A DNA stretch of 64,000 nt, from NCBI GenBank assembly GCA_964448295.1, contig CAYUVV010000003.1, forward strand, positions 9,543 to 73,542, given 5' to 3'. Shown here in pieces: positions 1-9,618 of this stretch. This DNA comes from an uncultured Candidatus Saccharibacteria bacterium. Its GTDB lineage: Bacteria; Patescibacteriota; Minisyncoccia; Phycocordibacterales; JACOZG01. The notes beneath the pieces were generated by a model. That model was not told where the DNA came from. It saw nothing but the letters and a program-made list of their open reading frames with translations, and made no database searches. The position numbers were made by a program, and so were the translations under genes. How positions within the stretch are numbered: position 1 is the first letter of the stretch; every line of letters starts with the position of its first letter.

Positions 1-314
1 GACGGAGCGTTGAGCTGTCTCATCCAGTCTCTGCGACAAGACACCAGAGAGTAAAGACAAAGATTTGTCCCTTAAATACCACTTTAGTGGTTCGGCGTCT
101 TTTAGAGATTCAGTTAAAATATATGTTGCCGTAGCAAGTTTTTCCGTCTTGGCCACCAAAAAGCCAAATGTCTCTGACTTGTCTTTAATATTTGTGTCTT
201 TGACTGGAGTCATAGGATATTTACCTTTATGTCTTTTATTATATATAGGACAAGGTTTTTGTCTAGTTTTCCTAGGTTCTCTTTGGTTGGACGTTATACA
301 ATGAGTGGATCGAA

Positions 315-2501
315 ATGGGCCGAAAAAAAAATAGTGGGCGGCGCGGATCGGAACCAACGATTCGCGAGGAAACACGGCACGCCATTCTGGCGGTGGTCTC
401 GTTTGCCGTGGCCGCGTTTTTGGTTCTTGCCTGGCTAGGCTATGCCGGCGCCGCCGGCCGTCTGCTTTACAGCGCACTCGAAACGGTTTTCGGGGTGGGG
501 TTTTTCGTTTTCCCGCTTCTTGCCTTGCTTCTAGGATTTTCTTTCCTTCAGTCCACTCGCCCCAACCTCGTGGGAATGCGTTTCCTTGGCGGCGGCCTCT
601 TTCTCGTCGCGACGCTCGCCCTCGCCGCCGTCGGTTTCGGCGGCGAGGAGGGCGGCTGGCTCGGCCGACTCATCGCCTGGCCGATCGTCAAACTCTTCGA
701 CTACTATGCCGGAGTCATCATCCTAGTAGCCATTCTTGCTATCTCCATTGTGATTATGTTTGAAACCAAACTTTCGCTCGATTGGTCGCTATTCGGCTGG
801 GGGAAACGGCGCAATGATGAGGAAGGGGAGACGAGCGACGGAGAAAGTATGGCGGCGGCTCGGGCAGAAGAGGAAGAAGCGGGGGATGGGGGAGAAGCGC
901 CGCCTCCCGCCAAGACAGAAAAAATAGAAAAGGCGCCGCGGCTCACCGCGGCGCCGGTTGCGCCCGCCGCGGCGGAAGATGAGTGGCAAGCGCTCGGTCG
1001 CAAACTGGCGCAAAGCGGCGGAGGCAAGTTTACGCCCCCGCCGCTCGCGCTCCTCGAGCGCGATAGCGGCAAGCCGGGCGTTGGCGATATTAAAGCCAAC
1101 GCCAACATCATCAAACGGACGCTAGCCAACTTCGGCATCGTGGTGGAGATGGACGAGGTGGCCATCGGTCCCTCGATCACGCGTTACGCCTTCAAACCGG
1201 CGGAAGGGGTTAAACTGTCGCGAATCGTCGGTTTGCAAAACGACCTGGCGCTGGCGCTGGCCGCGCATCCCATCCGGATCGAGGCTCCCATTCCCGGACG
1301 ATCCCTTGTGGGTATCGAAATACCAAACCAAACCAAGTCGCGGGTGGGTTTGGCCTCGCTCCTCGCCACGCCCGATTTTACCGAGTCGCCACATCCGTTG
1401 TTTATTTCTCTTGGACGTGGTATTTCCGGCCAACCGCACTTTTCTAATTTGGCCAAAGCGCCTCACTTGCTGGTTGCTGGCGCGACCGGCTCTGGCAAAT
1501 CCGTAGTTATCCACACCTTCATCGCCTCGCTCCTGTTCCGCAATCCGCCGGAAAATTTGCGTTTTTTAATGATTGATCCCAAGCGAGTCGAGCTTACTGT
1601 TTATAACCGCATCCCCCATCTTCTCGCTCCCGTCATCACCAACGCCAAAAAAGCCATCCTCCACCTAAAGTGGGCCATTGGCGAAATGGAACGGCGTTAC
1701 GCCCTACTCGAGCAAAGTGCCGTTCGCGACATTCAGTCTTATCACCAAAATATCCTACAGCCGGCTCTTAAACGAGATTTGAAAGAGGGGGAAGTTTTAC
1801 CAGATCGCCTCCCCTATCTCATCATCATTATTGACGAATTGGCCGATATTATGTCTGCTTACCCACGCGAGCTTGAGGCGGCAATCGTCCGCTTGGCCCA
1901 AATGTCGCGCGCCGTCGGCATCCACCTCGTACTTTCCACCCAGCGTCCGTCGGTGGAAGTGATCACCGGCTTGATCAAGGCGAATATCCCCTCGCGGATC
2001 GCCCTCCAGGTGGCCTCTCAAATTGATTCGCGGACGATTATTGATATGGCCGGAGCGGAAAAACTCCTCGGCGCGGGCGACCTCCTCTACCTTTCGGGCG
2101 AAATGGCTAAACCGCTTCGCCTGCAATCGGCCTTCATCTCCGAAAGCGAGGTGAAAAAACTGGTGGATTATCTCGCCGACCACTACCACGGGAGCGTTGA
2201 TCCGGCCGAAAGTCTGGAACTCGAAGGCGCGCGGCCTAACCTAGAGGCCGAGCTCGAAACGCTTGAGGCCGCGGGCGACGACGACGAGCTCTACGCCGAG
2301 GCCAAAACGGTGGTCGTTGAGAGCGGTAAGGCCTCGGCTTCCCTGCTCCAGCGCCGTCTCAAGGTGGGTTATGCTCGGGCCGCGCGCCTGCTTGATATGC
2401 TCGAGGAGCGTGGCGTCGTTGGCCCGGGCGAGGGTGCTAAACCACGCGAGGTCTATGGCCGCAGGAGCGGCCAAGATGAAACCGATAATGATCATGTTTA
2501 G
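315..2501 (+). CDS. ftsK: DNA translocase FtsK/SpoIIIE
   Basis: N-terminal TM helices and acidic linker. Walker A VAGATGSGKSV. Motor motifs LVLSTQRPSVEVITG and IALQVAS. C-terminal gamma winged helix LLQRRLKVGYARAARLLDMLEE. Confidence 0.9.
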   Translation: MGRKKNSGRRGSEPTIREETRHAILAVVSFAVAAFLVLAWLGYAGAAGRLLYSALETVFGVGFFVFPLLALLLGFSFLQSTRPNLVGMRFLGGGLFLVATLALAAVGFGGEEGGWLGRLIAWPIVKLFDYYAGVIILVAILAISIVIMFETKLSLDWSLFGWGKRRNDEEGETSDGESMAAARAEEEEAGDGGEAPPPAKTEKIEKAPRLTAAPVAPAAAEDEWQALGRKLAQSGGGKFTPPPLALLERDSGKPGVGDIKANANIIKRTLANFGIVVEMDEVAIGPSITRYAFKPAEGVKLSRIVGLQNDLALALAAHPIRIEAPIPGRSLVGIEIPNQTKSRVGLASLLATPDFTESPHPLFISLGRGISGQPHFSNLAKAPHLLVAGATGSGKSVVIHTFIASLLFRNPPENLRFLMIDPKRVELTVYNRIPHLLAPVITNAKKAILHLKWAIGEMERRYALLEQSAVRDIQSYHQNILQPALKRDLKEGEVLPDRLPYLIIIIDELADIMSAYPRELEAAIVRLAQMSRAVGIHLVLSTQRPSVEVITGLIKANIPSRIALQVASQIDSRTIIDMAGAEKLLGAGDLLYLSGEMAKPLRLQSAFISESEVKKLVDYLADHYHGSVDPAESLELEGARPNLEAELETLEAAGDDDELYAEAKTVVVESGKASASLLQRRLKVGYARAARLLDMLEERGVVGPGEGAKPREVYGRRSGQDETDNDHV

Positions 2502-2838
2502 AATCGGAGGTATCAGAATCTGGTTGGCTGTCATCTTTTTCTCCTTAGTCGGCGGTTATGCTTATTCCACCAGTCATGATTTTCTCGCGGGGCCGACCAT
2601 CAATCTCCGCGACCCCGCCGCCGACGCCCTCCTTACCAACGATCAGATCGTCGTTGCCGGTACGGCCGAACGAATTGCCAAACTATATCTAAATGGTCGG
2701 CAAATCTTTACCGACGAACTCGGCAATTTTACCGAGACGATTATTCTGCAAACCGGTTACAACCAGTTGGAAATCCGGGCAATTGACAAATTCGGCCGCG
2801 AAACAAAGGTGAACCGCAGTTTAGTTTTAAAATCATAA
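2494..2838 (+). CDS. hypothetical membrane-anchored protein
   Basis: ATG 2494 overlaps the ftsK stop. GGAGG at 2505 lies just downstream, so a TTG at 2524 is an alternative start. One TM helix (IRIWLAVIFFSLVGGYAY) followed by a small soluble domain. No family recognised. Confidence 0.35.
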   Translation: MFRIGGIRIWLAVIFFSLVGGYAYSTSHDFLAGPTINLRDPAADALLTNDQIVVAGTAERIAKLYLNGRQIFTDELGNFTETIILQTGYNQLEIRAIDKFGRETKVNRSLVLKS

Positions 2839-2847
2839 ACCGCAAAT

Positions 2848-3873
2848 ATGGTAAAAAAAGCGACGGGCAAGGAAAGTAAAACGGCAGACGAAAGGGCGAG
2901 CGGCCTAGAGGCCGTCATTAAGAATCTGCAAATCAAATTCGGTGAGGAAGCGATTATGAAGCTGGGCAGTAAGACCAAAGTCGGCATCGGCGCCATCAGC
3001 ACCGGTTCCTTAAGTTTGGACTTGGCGCTTGGCATTAGCGGATTGCCGCGTGGCCGGATCGTGGAAATGTATGGTCCGGAATCATCAGGCAAAACAACCC
3101 TCGCGCTCCACGTGATCGCCGAGGCCCAAAAACGCGGCGGTGTCTGCGCCTTTATTGATGCCGAGCACGCCCTTGACCCCGAATACTCAAAAAAAATCGG
3201 CGTTAAAACCGACGAATTGATCATCTCGCAACCTGATTACGGTGAGCAAGGTCTCGAAATCGCCGAAAGCATGATCCGGTCTGGCAAAATTGATGTGGTC
3301 GTGATTGATTCGGTCGCCGCCCTCACGCCTAAAGACGAAATCGAGGGTGACATCGGCGCCCAGCACGTCGGCAAACAAGCTCGCTTAATGTCGCAAGCCC
3401 TGCGTAAGATGACGGCCATCGTGGATCGGAGCAAAACGGTGGTCATATTTATCAATCAGCTCCGAATGCAAATTGGCGTAATGTTCGGCAATCCGGAAAC
3501 CACGCCCGGCGGCAAGGCTCTCAAGTTTTATTCCTCTGTCCGGCTCGATATTCGCCGCCTTGCCCAAATTAAGAAGGGGGAGGAGGTGGTGGGTAATCGC
3601 ATCCGGGTGAAAGTCGTAAAAAATAAGGTCGCCCCGCCCTTCCGCGTTGCCGAATTCGACATTCTCTACGATGAAGGGATTTCGCCCGAGGGCGAGATCC
3701 TCGCCCTCGGCGAAAAACACAAACTGCTAAGCAAATCCGGCGGGGCCTACGCCTACGGCGACGTTAAACTCGGTCGCGGCTATGATGCTGCCCGCACTTT
3801 TCTGAAAGAGCATCGCGAGATCCGCGCCGAGTTAGTTAAAAAAATTAAGGCGGCGTTCGGCGCCGAGGATTAG
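2848..3873 (+). CDS. recA: recombinase RecA
   Basis: [19 protein letters not shown] Walker [13 protein letters not shown]2 loop [35 protein letters not shown]. Full length. Confidence 0.95.
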   Translation: MVKKATGKESKTADERASGLEAVIKNLQIKFGEEAIMKLGSKTKVGIGAISTGSLSLDLALGISGLPRGRIVEMYGPESSGKTTLALHVIAEAQKRGGVCAFIDAEHALDPEYSKKIGVKTDELIISQPDYGEQGLEIAESMIRSGKIDVVVIDSVAALTPKDEIEGDIGAQHVGKQARLMSQALRKMTAIVDRSKTVVIFINQLRMQIGVMFGNPETTPGGKALKFYSSVRLDIRRLAQIKKGEEVVGNRIRVKVVKNKVAPPFRVAEFDILYDEGISPEGEILALGEKHKLLSKSGGAYAYGDVKLGRGYDAARTFLKEHREIRAELVKKIKAAFGAED

Positions 3874-3961
3874 ACGCCAACCTAAACCGCCGCAAAACAA
3901 GAACGGCCGCGCCATCTGGCGGCACAGCCAAATAAAATAAACGCGGCGCATCAGCGCCTGA

Positions 3962-4540
3962 CTAAAATCCGGACGGGCAAAGCTCATAACTGATTTTCTT
4001 AAATTCTTTTTTAGCGCGGTGCAGACGCATTTTTGCCGCGGCGACGGAAATCCCCTCCGCCATGGCGATTTCCGCGCATGTCTCGCCTTGGTAAAAACGT
4101 CGCCGCAAAACGATCGCCAACTGACGGGGCAACCGGTAAAGAATGCGGGCCACGAGATCACGCCAGCCCTCCCTCTCTTCGCTTAAAGCGCGGGTATCGC
4201 TCAAAACGTTGGCAACGGCGCCCAAGGGGATCGCCATCCGCCGGCGCTCCGCCCGGGCAGTTGAGATCACAGTGTGTTTGAGGATGCGGTAAGCCCAAGC
4301 CCGAAAAGAACCCTCCCCCGCCGGCGCGAAACGCGCTGCGTGCAAATAAATTTTAATGAAAGTTTCGGCCACGGCGTCATCGGCACCGTCTCGTCCCAGA
4401 TAACGCCTTGCGTAACGGAGAAAAGCCGCCTCGTACCGGTCGAGGAGGACTTTAAATTGCGAGGGTGTCTCGATCGCCGAGACTATTATCTCCTCATCAC
4501 TCATCGCACCGTCAGTCGGCGTTTCTCCAAACTTGATCAT
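3962..4540 (-). CDS. RNA polymerase sigma factor, sigma-70/ECF-like (regions 2 and 4)
   Basis: Region 2-like FIKIYLHAARF and a region 4 HTH (QGETCAEIAMAEGISVAAAKMRLHRAKKEF). Converges on recA. Confidence 0.7.
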   Translation of the reverse strand: MIKFGETPTDGAMSDEEIIVSAIETPSQFKVLLDRYEAAFLRYARRYLGRDGADDAVAETFIKIYLHAARFAPAGEGSFRAWAYRILKHTVISTARAERRRMAIPLGAVANVLSDTRALSEEREGWRDLVARILYRLPRQLAIVLRRRFYQGETCAEIAMAEGISVAAAKMRLHRAKKEFKKISYELCPSGF

Positions 4541-4646
4541 TAAAACTAATAATACTTCGACCTTTCACCTATTACAACGCTCGAAAGCGGGAAAAGGTTA
4601 CAGACGATAATGGACAAAACGTCTGATATTAGCTAGCATAGCGACC

Positions 4647-5219
4647 ATGCTCGATTATAACGAAATTAAACCCAAAAAATACATTGTCCTCGACGGCGAC
4701 CCGTACGAGGTCCTCTCGGCGCACGTGTTCCGCAAGCAACAGCGCAAGCCCGTCAATGCCACTAAATTGCGACATCTGCTCACGGGCTCGGTACGCGAAC
4801 ACTCCTTTGCGGTAAGTGATAAGGTGGAAGAAGCGACGATCGAATCGCGGGCCGTAACCTACCTCTACTCCAATCGCGGCGAGAGCTGGTTCTGCGAAGC
4901 GGGCGACAAGTCGAAACGATTTTCCCTAAAGTCGGAATTGGTTAAAAACAAAATCGGTTACATTAAGCAAAACAGCGAAATTGATTTGCTAACTTTCAAC
5001 GACCAGTTGGTTGACGTCAAGATCCCGATCAAGGTGGAACTTAAGGTTACAGAAGCGGCACCGGCCGTCCGCGGCAACACCGTCCAAGGAGGCATGAAGA
5101 CCGTTACTCTCGAAACAGGCTTAACACTTAATGTGCCAATGTTTGTAAATGAAGGCGACGTCGTGCGTCTAAATACGGAGACGGGAGAATATGTTGAACG
5201 GGTTACTGCTACTGGGTAG
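4647..5219 (+). CDS. efp: elongation factor P
   Basis: EF-P KOW/OB architecture. Start [22 protein letters not shown]. Typical 190 aa length. Confidence 0.9.
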   Translation: MLDYNEIKPKKYIVLDGDPYEVLSAHVFRKQQRKPVNATKLRHLLTGSVREHSFAVSDKVEEATIESRAVTYLYSNRGESWFCEAGDKSKRFSLKSELVKNKIGYIKQNSEIDLLTFNDQLVDVKIPIKVELKVTEAAPAVRGNTVQGGMKTVTLETGLTLNVPMFVNEGDVVRLNTETGEYVERVTATG

Positions 5220-5409
5220 TAAAAGGCAGTAGAGCCAAAAAGCGCGCGCGTTTGACGGCCACAGCCAAAGCGCGCTGATGACTGGCGCACAAACCTGAAC
5301 GGCGACGAGAACTGATGCGGCCATAGGTATCAAGAAAACGCTTCAACAAATCTGGATCTTTATAATCAATCACGGATGAATTGTTGGTGCAAAAATGACA
5401 ATTTTTCAT
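5209..5409 (-). CDS. rpsR: 30S ribosomal protein S18
   Basis: CHFC...[13 protein letters not shown]...GRI...[29 protein letters not shown] is the classic S18 sequence. Position downstream of ssb is conserved. Confidence 0.9.
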   Translation of the reverse strand: MKNCHFCTNNSSVIDYKDPDLLKRFLDTYGRISSRRRSGLCASHQRALAVAVKRARFLALLPFTTQ

Positions 5410-5423
5410 AAAAAATCTAAAAA

Positions 5424-5873
5424 TTAAAAAGGAATATCCTCGGGACTAATGTTTTCTTCAGGATAATTGATCTGGGAGCCGCCATCTTGCGGAGCGTTAG
5501 CGGCCTGATTGACGCCGCCCGCGGACGATGCGCCGCCACGCTCGCCGCCACGGGGGCCAAATTGCACCCGATCGGCCACAATCTCCGTTCGATACTTTTT
5601 AACACCATCTTGACCATCCCAACTACGCGTCTGCATCCGACCCTCCACCAACGCCGTGTTCCCCTTGCGGAGATACTGAGCGACTAGGCTAGCCTGTTGG
5701 CCGAAGACGACAATGTTGTGGAACTGCGTGTCTTCCTGTTTGGCGCCGTTTTTATCTTTCCACACGCGATTGGTAGCTAAACCAAACGTCGTAACCGACA
5801 CGCCGGAAGGCAAAGTGCGCAATTCCGGATCGCGCGTTAAATTACCGAACACAAATGCTCTATTGAGATACAT
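5424..5873 (-). CDS. ssb: single-stranded DNA-binding protein
   Basis: OB fold. N-terminus [19 protein letters not shown]. Gly-rich tail ending in the acidic DIPF motif. Confidence 0.9.
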   Translation of the reverse strand: MYLNRAFVFGNLTRDPELRTLPSGVSVTTFGLATNRVWKDKNGAKQEDTQFHNIVVFGQQASLVAQYLRKGNTALVEGRMQTRSWDGQDGVKKYRTEIVADRVQFGPRGGERGGASSAGGVNQAANAPQDGGSQINYPEENISPEDIPF

Positions 5874-6294
5874 TATCTAAAACACGGTCAAGCTTTTTTT
5901 CTAAATCCTCGGTGGGAACAACCGTCTTATCGCCGGCTGGTTTAGCGCTCTGGCGAACTGGCTTGGCCACCGGCAAATCGGCCACAAGCAGAAACCGCAA
6001 CAAAGACTCAGTATTCCGCCACGCCGCATCCAATCCAGCCAAACTGTCCGAAGATACAGAAAAACGACAGGCGCCAAAATAAGCATCCTTGTAGACGGCG
6101 CGAGTCTGCCCTTGCCGCCGGGCTACCGGATAGGCCAAAGTGATCATCTTGAGCGCGGGCAAAGCGCCAACAAGCGTCCCACCCGCGCTCTTAACTGGCG
6201 CGAGCACGGCTTTTTCTACCTCCTCAAGCAAGCCCTCGGCGGGCACCAAGGGCGAGAGCAAAAAACTGATTTCGTAACTGGTACTATCGGACAC
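5860..6294 (-). CDS. rpsF: 30S ribosomal protein S6 (divergent)
   Basis: YEISFLL N-terminus and an S6-like core. Sits in the conserved rpsF-ssb-rpsR arrangement. Confidence 0.7.
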   Translation of the reverse strand: MSDSTSYEISFLLSPLVPAEGLLEEVEKAVLAPVKSAGGTLVGALPALKMITLAYPVARRQGQTRAVYKDAYFGACRFSVSSDSLAGLDAAWRNTESLLRFLLVADLPVAKPVRQSAKPAGDKTVVPTEDLEKKLDRVLDNVSQ

Positions 6295-6318
6295 GAAGGG
6301 ATGCTAACAAATAAACGC

Positions 6319-7122
6319 TTAGTTGGCAAGGCGGAAAAACCGTTGGGTATTGGCTAAAGTCAGATTGGCCAGATCTTCGCCCGTTAACGCGCGCAAAGCG
6401 GCCAAACGTTCCGCCACCGCCGATAGATAAGCGGGCTCATTGCGCCGGCCACGCCATGGCGCCGGCGTCACAAACGGGCAATCCGTCTCCACAAGCAAGC
6501 GATCGGCGGGCAGACGACGCGCCACCTCGTCGTAAGCGTCGGTAATCGTGATCACTCCCCCAAGAGAAAAAGAGAAACCGAGATCAAGAAATTTTTTGGC
6601 GCACAGCCAGTCACCCACAAAAAAATGGACGTTGGCGCGGAGTTCGCCGCGACGTGAAATAAAATCGCTTGTAAAAACCGCGAGCAGGTCCTCATAGGCA
6701 TCAAGCGTATCGGGCGTTGGCCGGCAGTGGAGCATCAAGGGCTTACCCACCGCCAAGGCGAGCTCCACCTGCGCTGCCAACAATTCGCGCTGAGCGCGCT
6801 TAGTCGGCGCGGCCTCGGCCGTCAGACGAAAATAATCAAGACCGCACTCCCCTATGCCCACCACCCGCGGATGACGGGCCAACTCGGCGATTTTCTTAAT
6901 ACTCGCTTCAAAATCAATCGGGGGGTCGTTGGGGTGGATGCCGACCGTTGCCCACATATCGTCATTCGTTTCGGCCAAATTAATCGCTCGCTCCGATTCG
7001 GCAACGTCGGTGCCAACATTGATAATCCCGATCCCCGCCGCCCGCATCCGCGCAACGACCGCCGCGCGGTCGTCGTCATACTGCTTAAATTGCAAATGGC
7101 CGTGGGCGTCGATGAGAGTCAT
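6319..7122 (-). CDS. TatD-family metal-dependent hydrolase/DNase
   Basis: HxH start (IDAHGHL). GIGECGLDY. ...LVETDCPF. Start trimmed to the ATG at 7122, which forms an ATGA overlap with the metG stop. Confidence 0.8.
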   Translation of the reverse strand: MTLIDAHGHLQFKQYDDDRAAVVARMRAAGIGIINVGTDVAESERAINLAETNDDMWATVGIHPNDPPIDFEASIKKIAELARHPRVVGIGECGLDYFRLTAEAAPTKRAQRELLAAQVELALAVGKPLMLHCRPTPDTLDAYEDLLAVFTSDFISRRGELRANVHFFVGDWLCAKKFLDLGFSFSLGGVITITDAYDEVARRLPADRLLVETDCPFVTPAPWRGRRNEPAYLSAVAERLAALRALTGEDLANLTLANTQRFFRLAN

Positions 7123-8567
7123 TTCCTCAAAAATAAAGGTTTTTCGGGCATCTGGCCTTTGGCAACGAGGGCTTGGATAGTTTGAGCCGTGGTAGGCATA
7201 AAGGGTTCGAGTTGGACGCCGATCCACCAGAGACGAGCGAGCAACTCTTTGATCGCCCGCTCCCCGACCGAACGATCGGTTTTGATTTTTTTGAACGGCT
7301 CCTCGTATTGGATGAGTTGGTCAGCAAAACTAATTGCCCGCCAAATTACATCCATTGCTTTTTGGACATCAAAAAAATTAAGAGCAATGGTTTGCGTTCG
7401 ATGCTGTTGGGCCAGTTCATCAGTGGCCGCCAAATTTTTGGCCTCGGCCTCGTCAAATTTAATCTGGTTATCCACCGCCATTTTCATCACCCGGCTGACG
7501 AAATTGCCGAGTCCGTTGGCGAGATTGGCGTTATACCACTCCTTAATTTTTTCCGGCGTAACGTCGGTGTCTTCAAATGGATGAACGTGGCGCAAGAGAA
7601 CATAACGTATCGCCTCAGTTCCATACTCTCTCACTAAAGCAAACGGATCAATAATGTTGCCAAGCGATTTGCTCATCTTCTGGCCGCCACTGGTGACAAA
7701 GCCGTGAATCACAATTTGACGCGGCGGCGGCAAGCCGATAGAGAGGAGCATCGCCGGCCACATTGCCGCTTGCTGACGCAGGTTGTCTTTACCTGCCAAC
7801 TGCGTTACCGGCCACCATGCTTCAAAATTTTTCTCGTTCTTTGGCCAACCAAGGGCGGAAATGTAATTAACCAACGCGTCAAACCACACGTACATCGTCT
7901 GCGTCGGGTCGTCGGGCACCGGCACACCCCAAGACATTCGCGCCGTTAGGCGCGAAATGCTGAAATCTTGCAAACCGCGCGCCGCAAAACTTTTAATCTC
8001 GCCCAAACGGGCGGCCGGAATCACAAAATCTGGTTGCTGATCATAGAGCGAGAACAATCGCTCTTGGTATTTGGAAAAACGAAAAAAATAATTTTCTTCG
8101 TCGATGGTTTCCAGCTCGAGATTGGGATGAATGGGACAACGATCATCTTCTAGCTCCGACTCGGTTTTTTCGAGCTCGCAACCAACACAATACTTAACCT
8201 GATAAGTTTTTTTATAAATATCGCCGGCGGCCGCGGCGCGCCGCCAAAATTCTTGAGCGGCCACTTGATGAGCTGGATCAGTGGTGCGGATAAAATTGGT
8301 TTCCGGATGCACACCCAAAGCCGGCAAAAGATCGCGAAAAGGTTTGGACCACTGGTCGACAAAAGTTTGTGGCGCCAAACCCTCGGCCTCGGCTCGACGC
8401 AGGATTTTCAGTCCGTGCTCGTCGGTGCCAGTATTCAAAAAAACTTCGTCCCCAACCAAACGAGCGGCTCGAGCCAAACTGTCAGCCAACACAAGCTCGT
8501 AAGCAAAGCCGATATGCGGATCGGCGTTGAGGTAGGGTAAGGTGGTGGTAAAGTAACGTTTAGCCAA
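7119..8567 (-). CDS. metG: methionyl-tRNA synthetase (core only, no C-terminal tRNA-binding domain)
   Basis: HIGH region PYLNADPHIGFAYE and KMSKSLGNIIDP. The ORF-track start at 8684 would overlap the upstream permease. A TTG at 8567 directly precedes the conserved KRYFTTTLPY N-terminus. Confidence 0.85.
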   Translation of the reverse strand: MAKRYFTTTLPYLNADPHIGFAYELVLADSLARAARLVGDEVFLNTGTDEHGLKILRRAEAEGLAPQTFVDQWSKPFRDLLPALGVHPETNFIRTTDPAHQVAAQEFWRRAAAAGDIYKKTYQVKYCVGCELEKTESELEDDRCPIHPNLELETIDEENYFFRFSKYQERLFSLYDQQPDFVIPAARLGEIKSFAARGLQDFSISRLTARMSWGVPVPDDPTQTMYVWFDALVNYISALGWPKNEKNFEAWWPVTQLAGKDNLRQQAAMWPAMLLSIGLPPPRQIVIHGFVTSGGQKMSKSLGNIIDPFALVREYGTEAIRYVLLRHVHPFEDTDVTPEKIKEWYNANLANGLGNFVSRVMKMAVDNQIKFDEAEAKNLAATDELAQQHRTQTIALNFFDVQKAMDVIWRAISFADQLIQYEEPFKKIKTDRSVGERAIKELLARLWWIGVQLEPFMPTTAQTIQALVAKGQMPEKPLFLRK

Positions 8568-9591
8568 ATTTGACGCGTTCTTCTTCGGGACGGCGCTTTT
8601 CCAAGTCGGCGAGAATTTCCAACGCCACCGTCGCCAGAGGCACGGCCACGATGATCCCAAGAAAACCGGCCAACTGGGCGCCAATGATCAGAGCCAGAAT
8701 AGCCACAATCGCCGGCACGCCGACCATCTTTTTTACCACTAACGGATGGAGAAGGTGGTTTTCAAACTGCTGAATAATGATGTAGAGACCGACAACCAAA
8801 AACCCGAGTGTCAGATCTTCGGCAAAGGCGGTGGCCGCCGCCGGCACCGCCGCGAGCACCGGGCCGAAAATAGGGATAAGCTCGAAAACGGCCGCCAGCA
8901 GGGCGAGCACTAACGCGTAACGCACGCCGAGGATCGTTAGGCCGAGATAAACGATAATTCCCACTAGAAGACCGAGGAGTAATTGTCCCTGCATCCAAAA
9001 ACCAATTTTTTTCTCTGCCCGCCGCCATAAATCAACCACATAACGCTCGCGGCCGAGCGGTGCGATAATCCGCAAAAAATTTTCAATCCCGTTTTGTTGC
9101 ACCGCCAGATAAAACGACAGCACCACGATCATTACAAAACTGAAAAAACCGCCAAAGATGGTGCTCGCCGTCTGCAATAGGTTGCGGGAAACGCCGGCCA
9201 CCGATTCCCGCACACCGGCCGGCAAATCGGTCAGCGACAAACCCGACGAAAACGAGTTGAACCAGTCAACGAGCCCAGCGGAAAGCGGTAAACTCTCCAG
9301 GCGATCGGGCAGGGTGGAAAGCAGAGTAATGAGTTCGGCCAGAGCTGGCGCGATAAAGAACGGCAAAAGACCAGCGATTAAACCAAAGGCGGCGAGATAA
9401 ATTAAAAGTACGGCCGGCACGCGCGGGATGCGTAGCCGTTTTAACCAACGGGTGAGCGGATCCACGGCGGCCGCAATCACCACCGACACCACAAGCACCA
9501 GCAACAGGTCACGGAGCAAAAACAAGGCGTAGGCCAAAACACCGACCACCAACACCCGAATAATACTCCCGGTACTGATTTTTAGTTCCAT
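8560..9591 (-). CDS. AI-2E family (PerM/YhhT-like, UPF0118) transporter
   Basis: Eight predicted TM helices. Typical AI-2E topology and conserved C-terminal half. Confidence 0.75.
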   Translation of the reverse strand: MELKISTGSIIRVLVVGVLAYALFLLRDLLLVLVVSVVIAAAVDPLTRWLKRLRIPRVPAVLLIYLAAFGLIAGLLPFFIAPALAELITLLSTLPDRLESLPLSAGLVDWFNSFSSGLSLTDLPAGVRESVAGVSRNLLQTASTIFGGFFSFVMIVVLSFYLAVQQNGIENFLRIIAPLGRERYVVDLWRRAEKKIGFWMQGQLLLGLLVGIIVYLGLTILGVRYALVLALLAAVFELIPIFGPVLAAVPAAATAFAEDLTLGFLVVGLYIIIQQFENHLLHPLVVKKMVGVPAIVAILALIIGAQLAGFLGIIVAVPLATVALEILADLEKRRPEEERVKFG

Positions 9592-9618
9592 GTTTGGTTG
9601 ATTATAGAGACTTTTGAT

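Noticed and set aside
704-2189. Several 60-160 aa antisense or alternative-frame ORFs inside ftsK (for example 704..1180, 1122..1514, 1797..2189), and similar ones inside ileS, ppsA and pilB
   Set aside because: They are nested inside well-supported conserved genes. High-GC sequence yields long spurious open frames.
2263-2838. 191-aa ORF overlapping the last 240 nt of ftsK in another frame
   Set aside because: The N-terminal extension is an out-of-frame read through the conserved FtsK gamma domain. It is trimmed to the ATG at 2494 after the ftsK stop.
7119-8684. metG start at 8684 as given by the ORF track
   Set aside because: It would overlap the upstream transporter by 125 nt and add a non-conserved Trp/Arg-rich extension. 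A TTG at 8567 directly precedes the conserved class I N-terminus.
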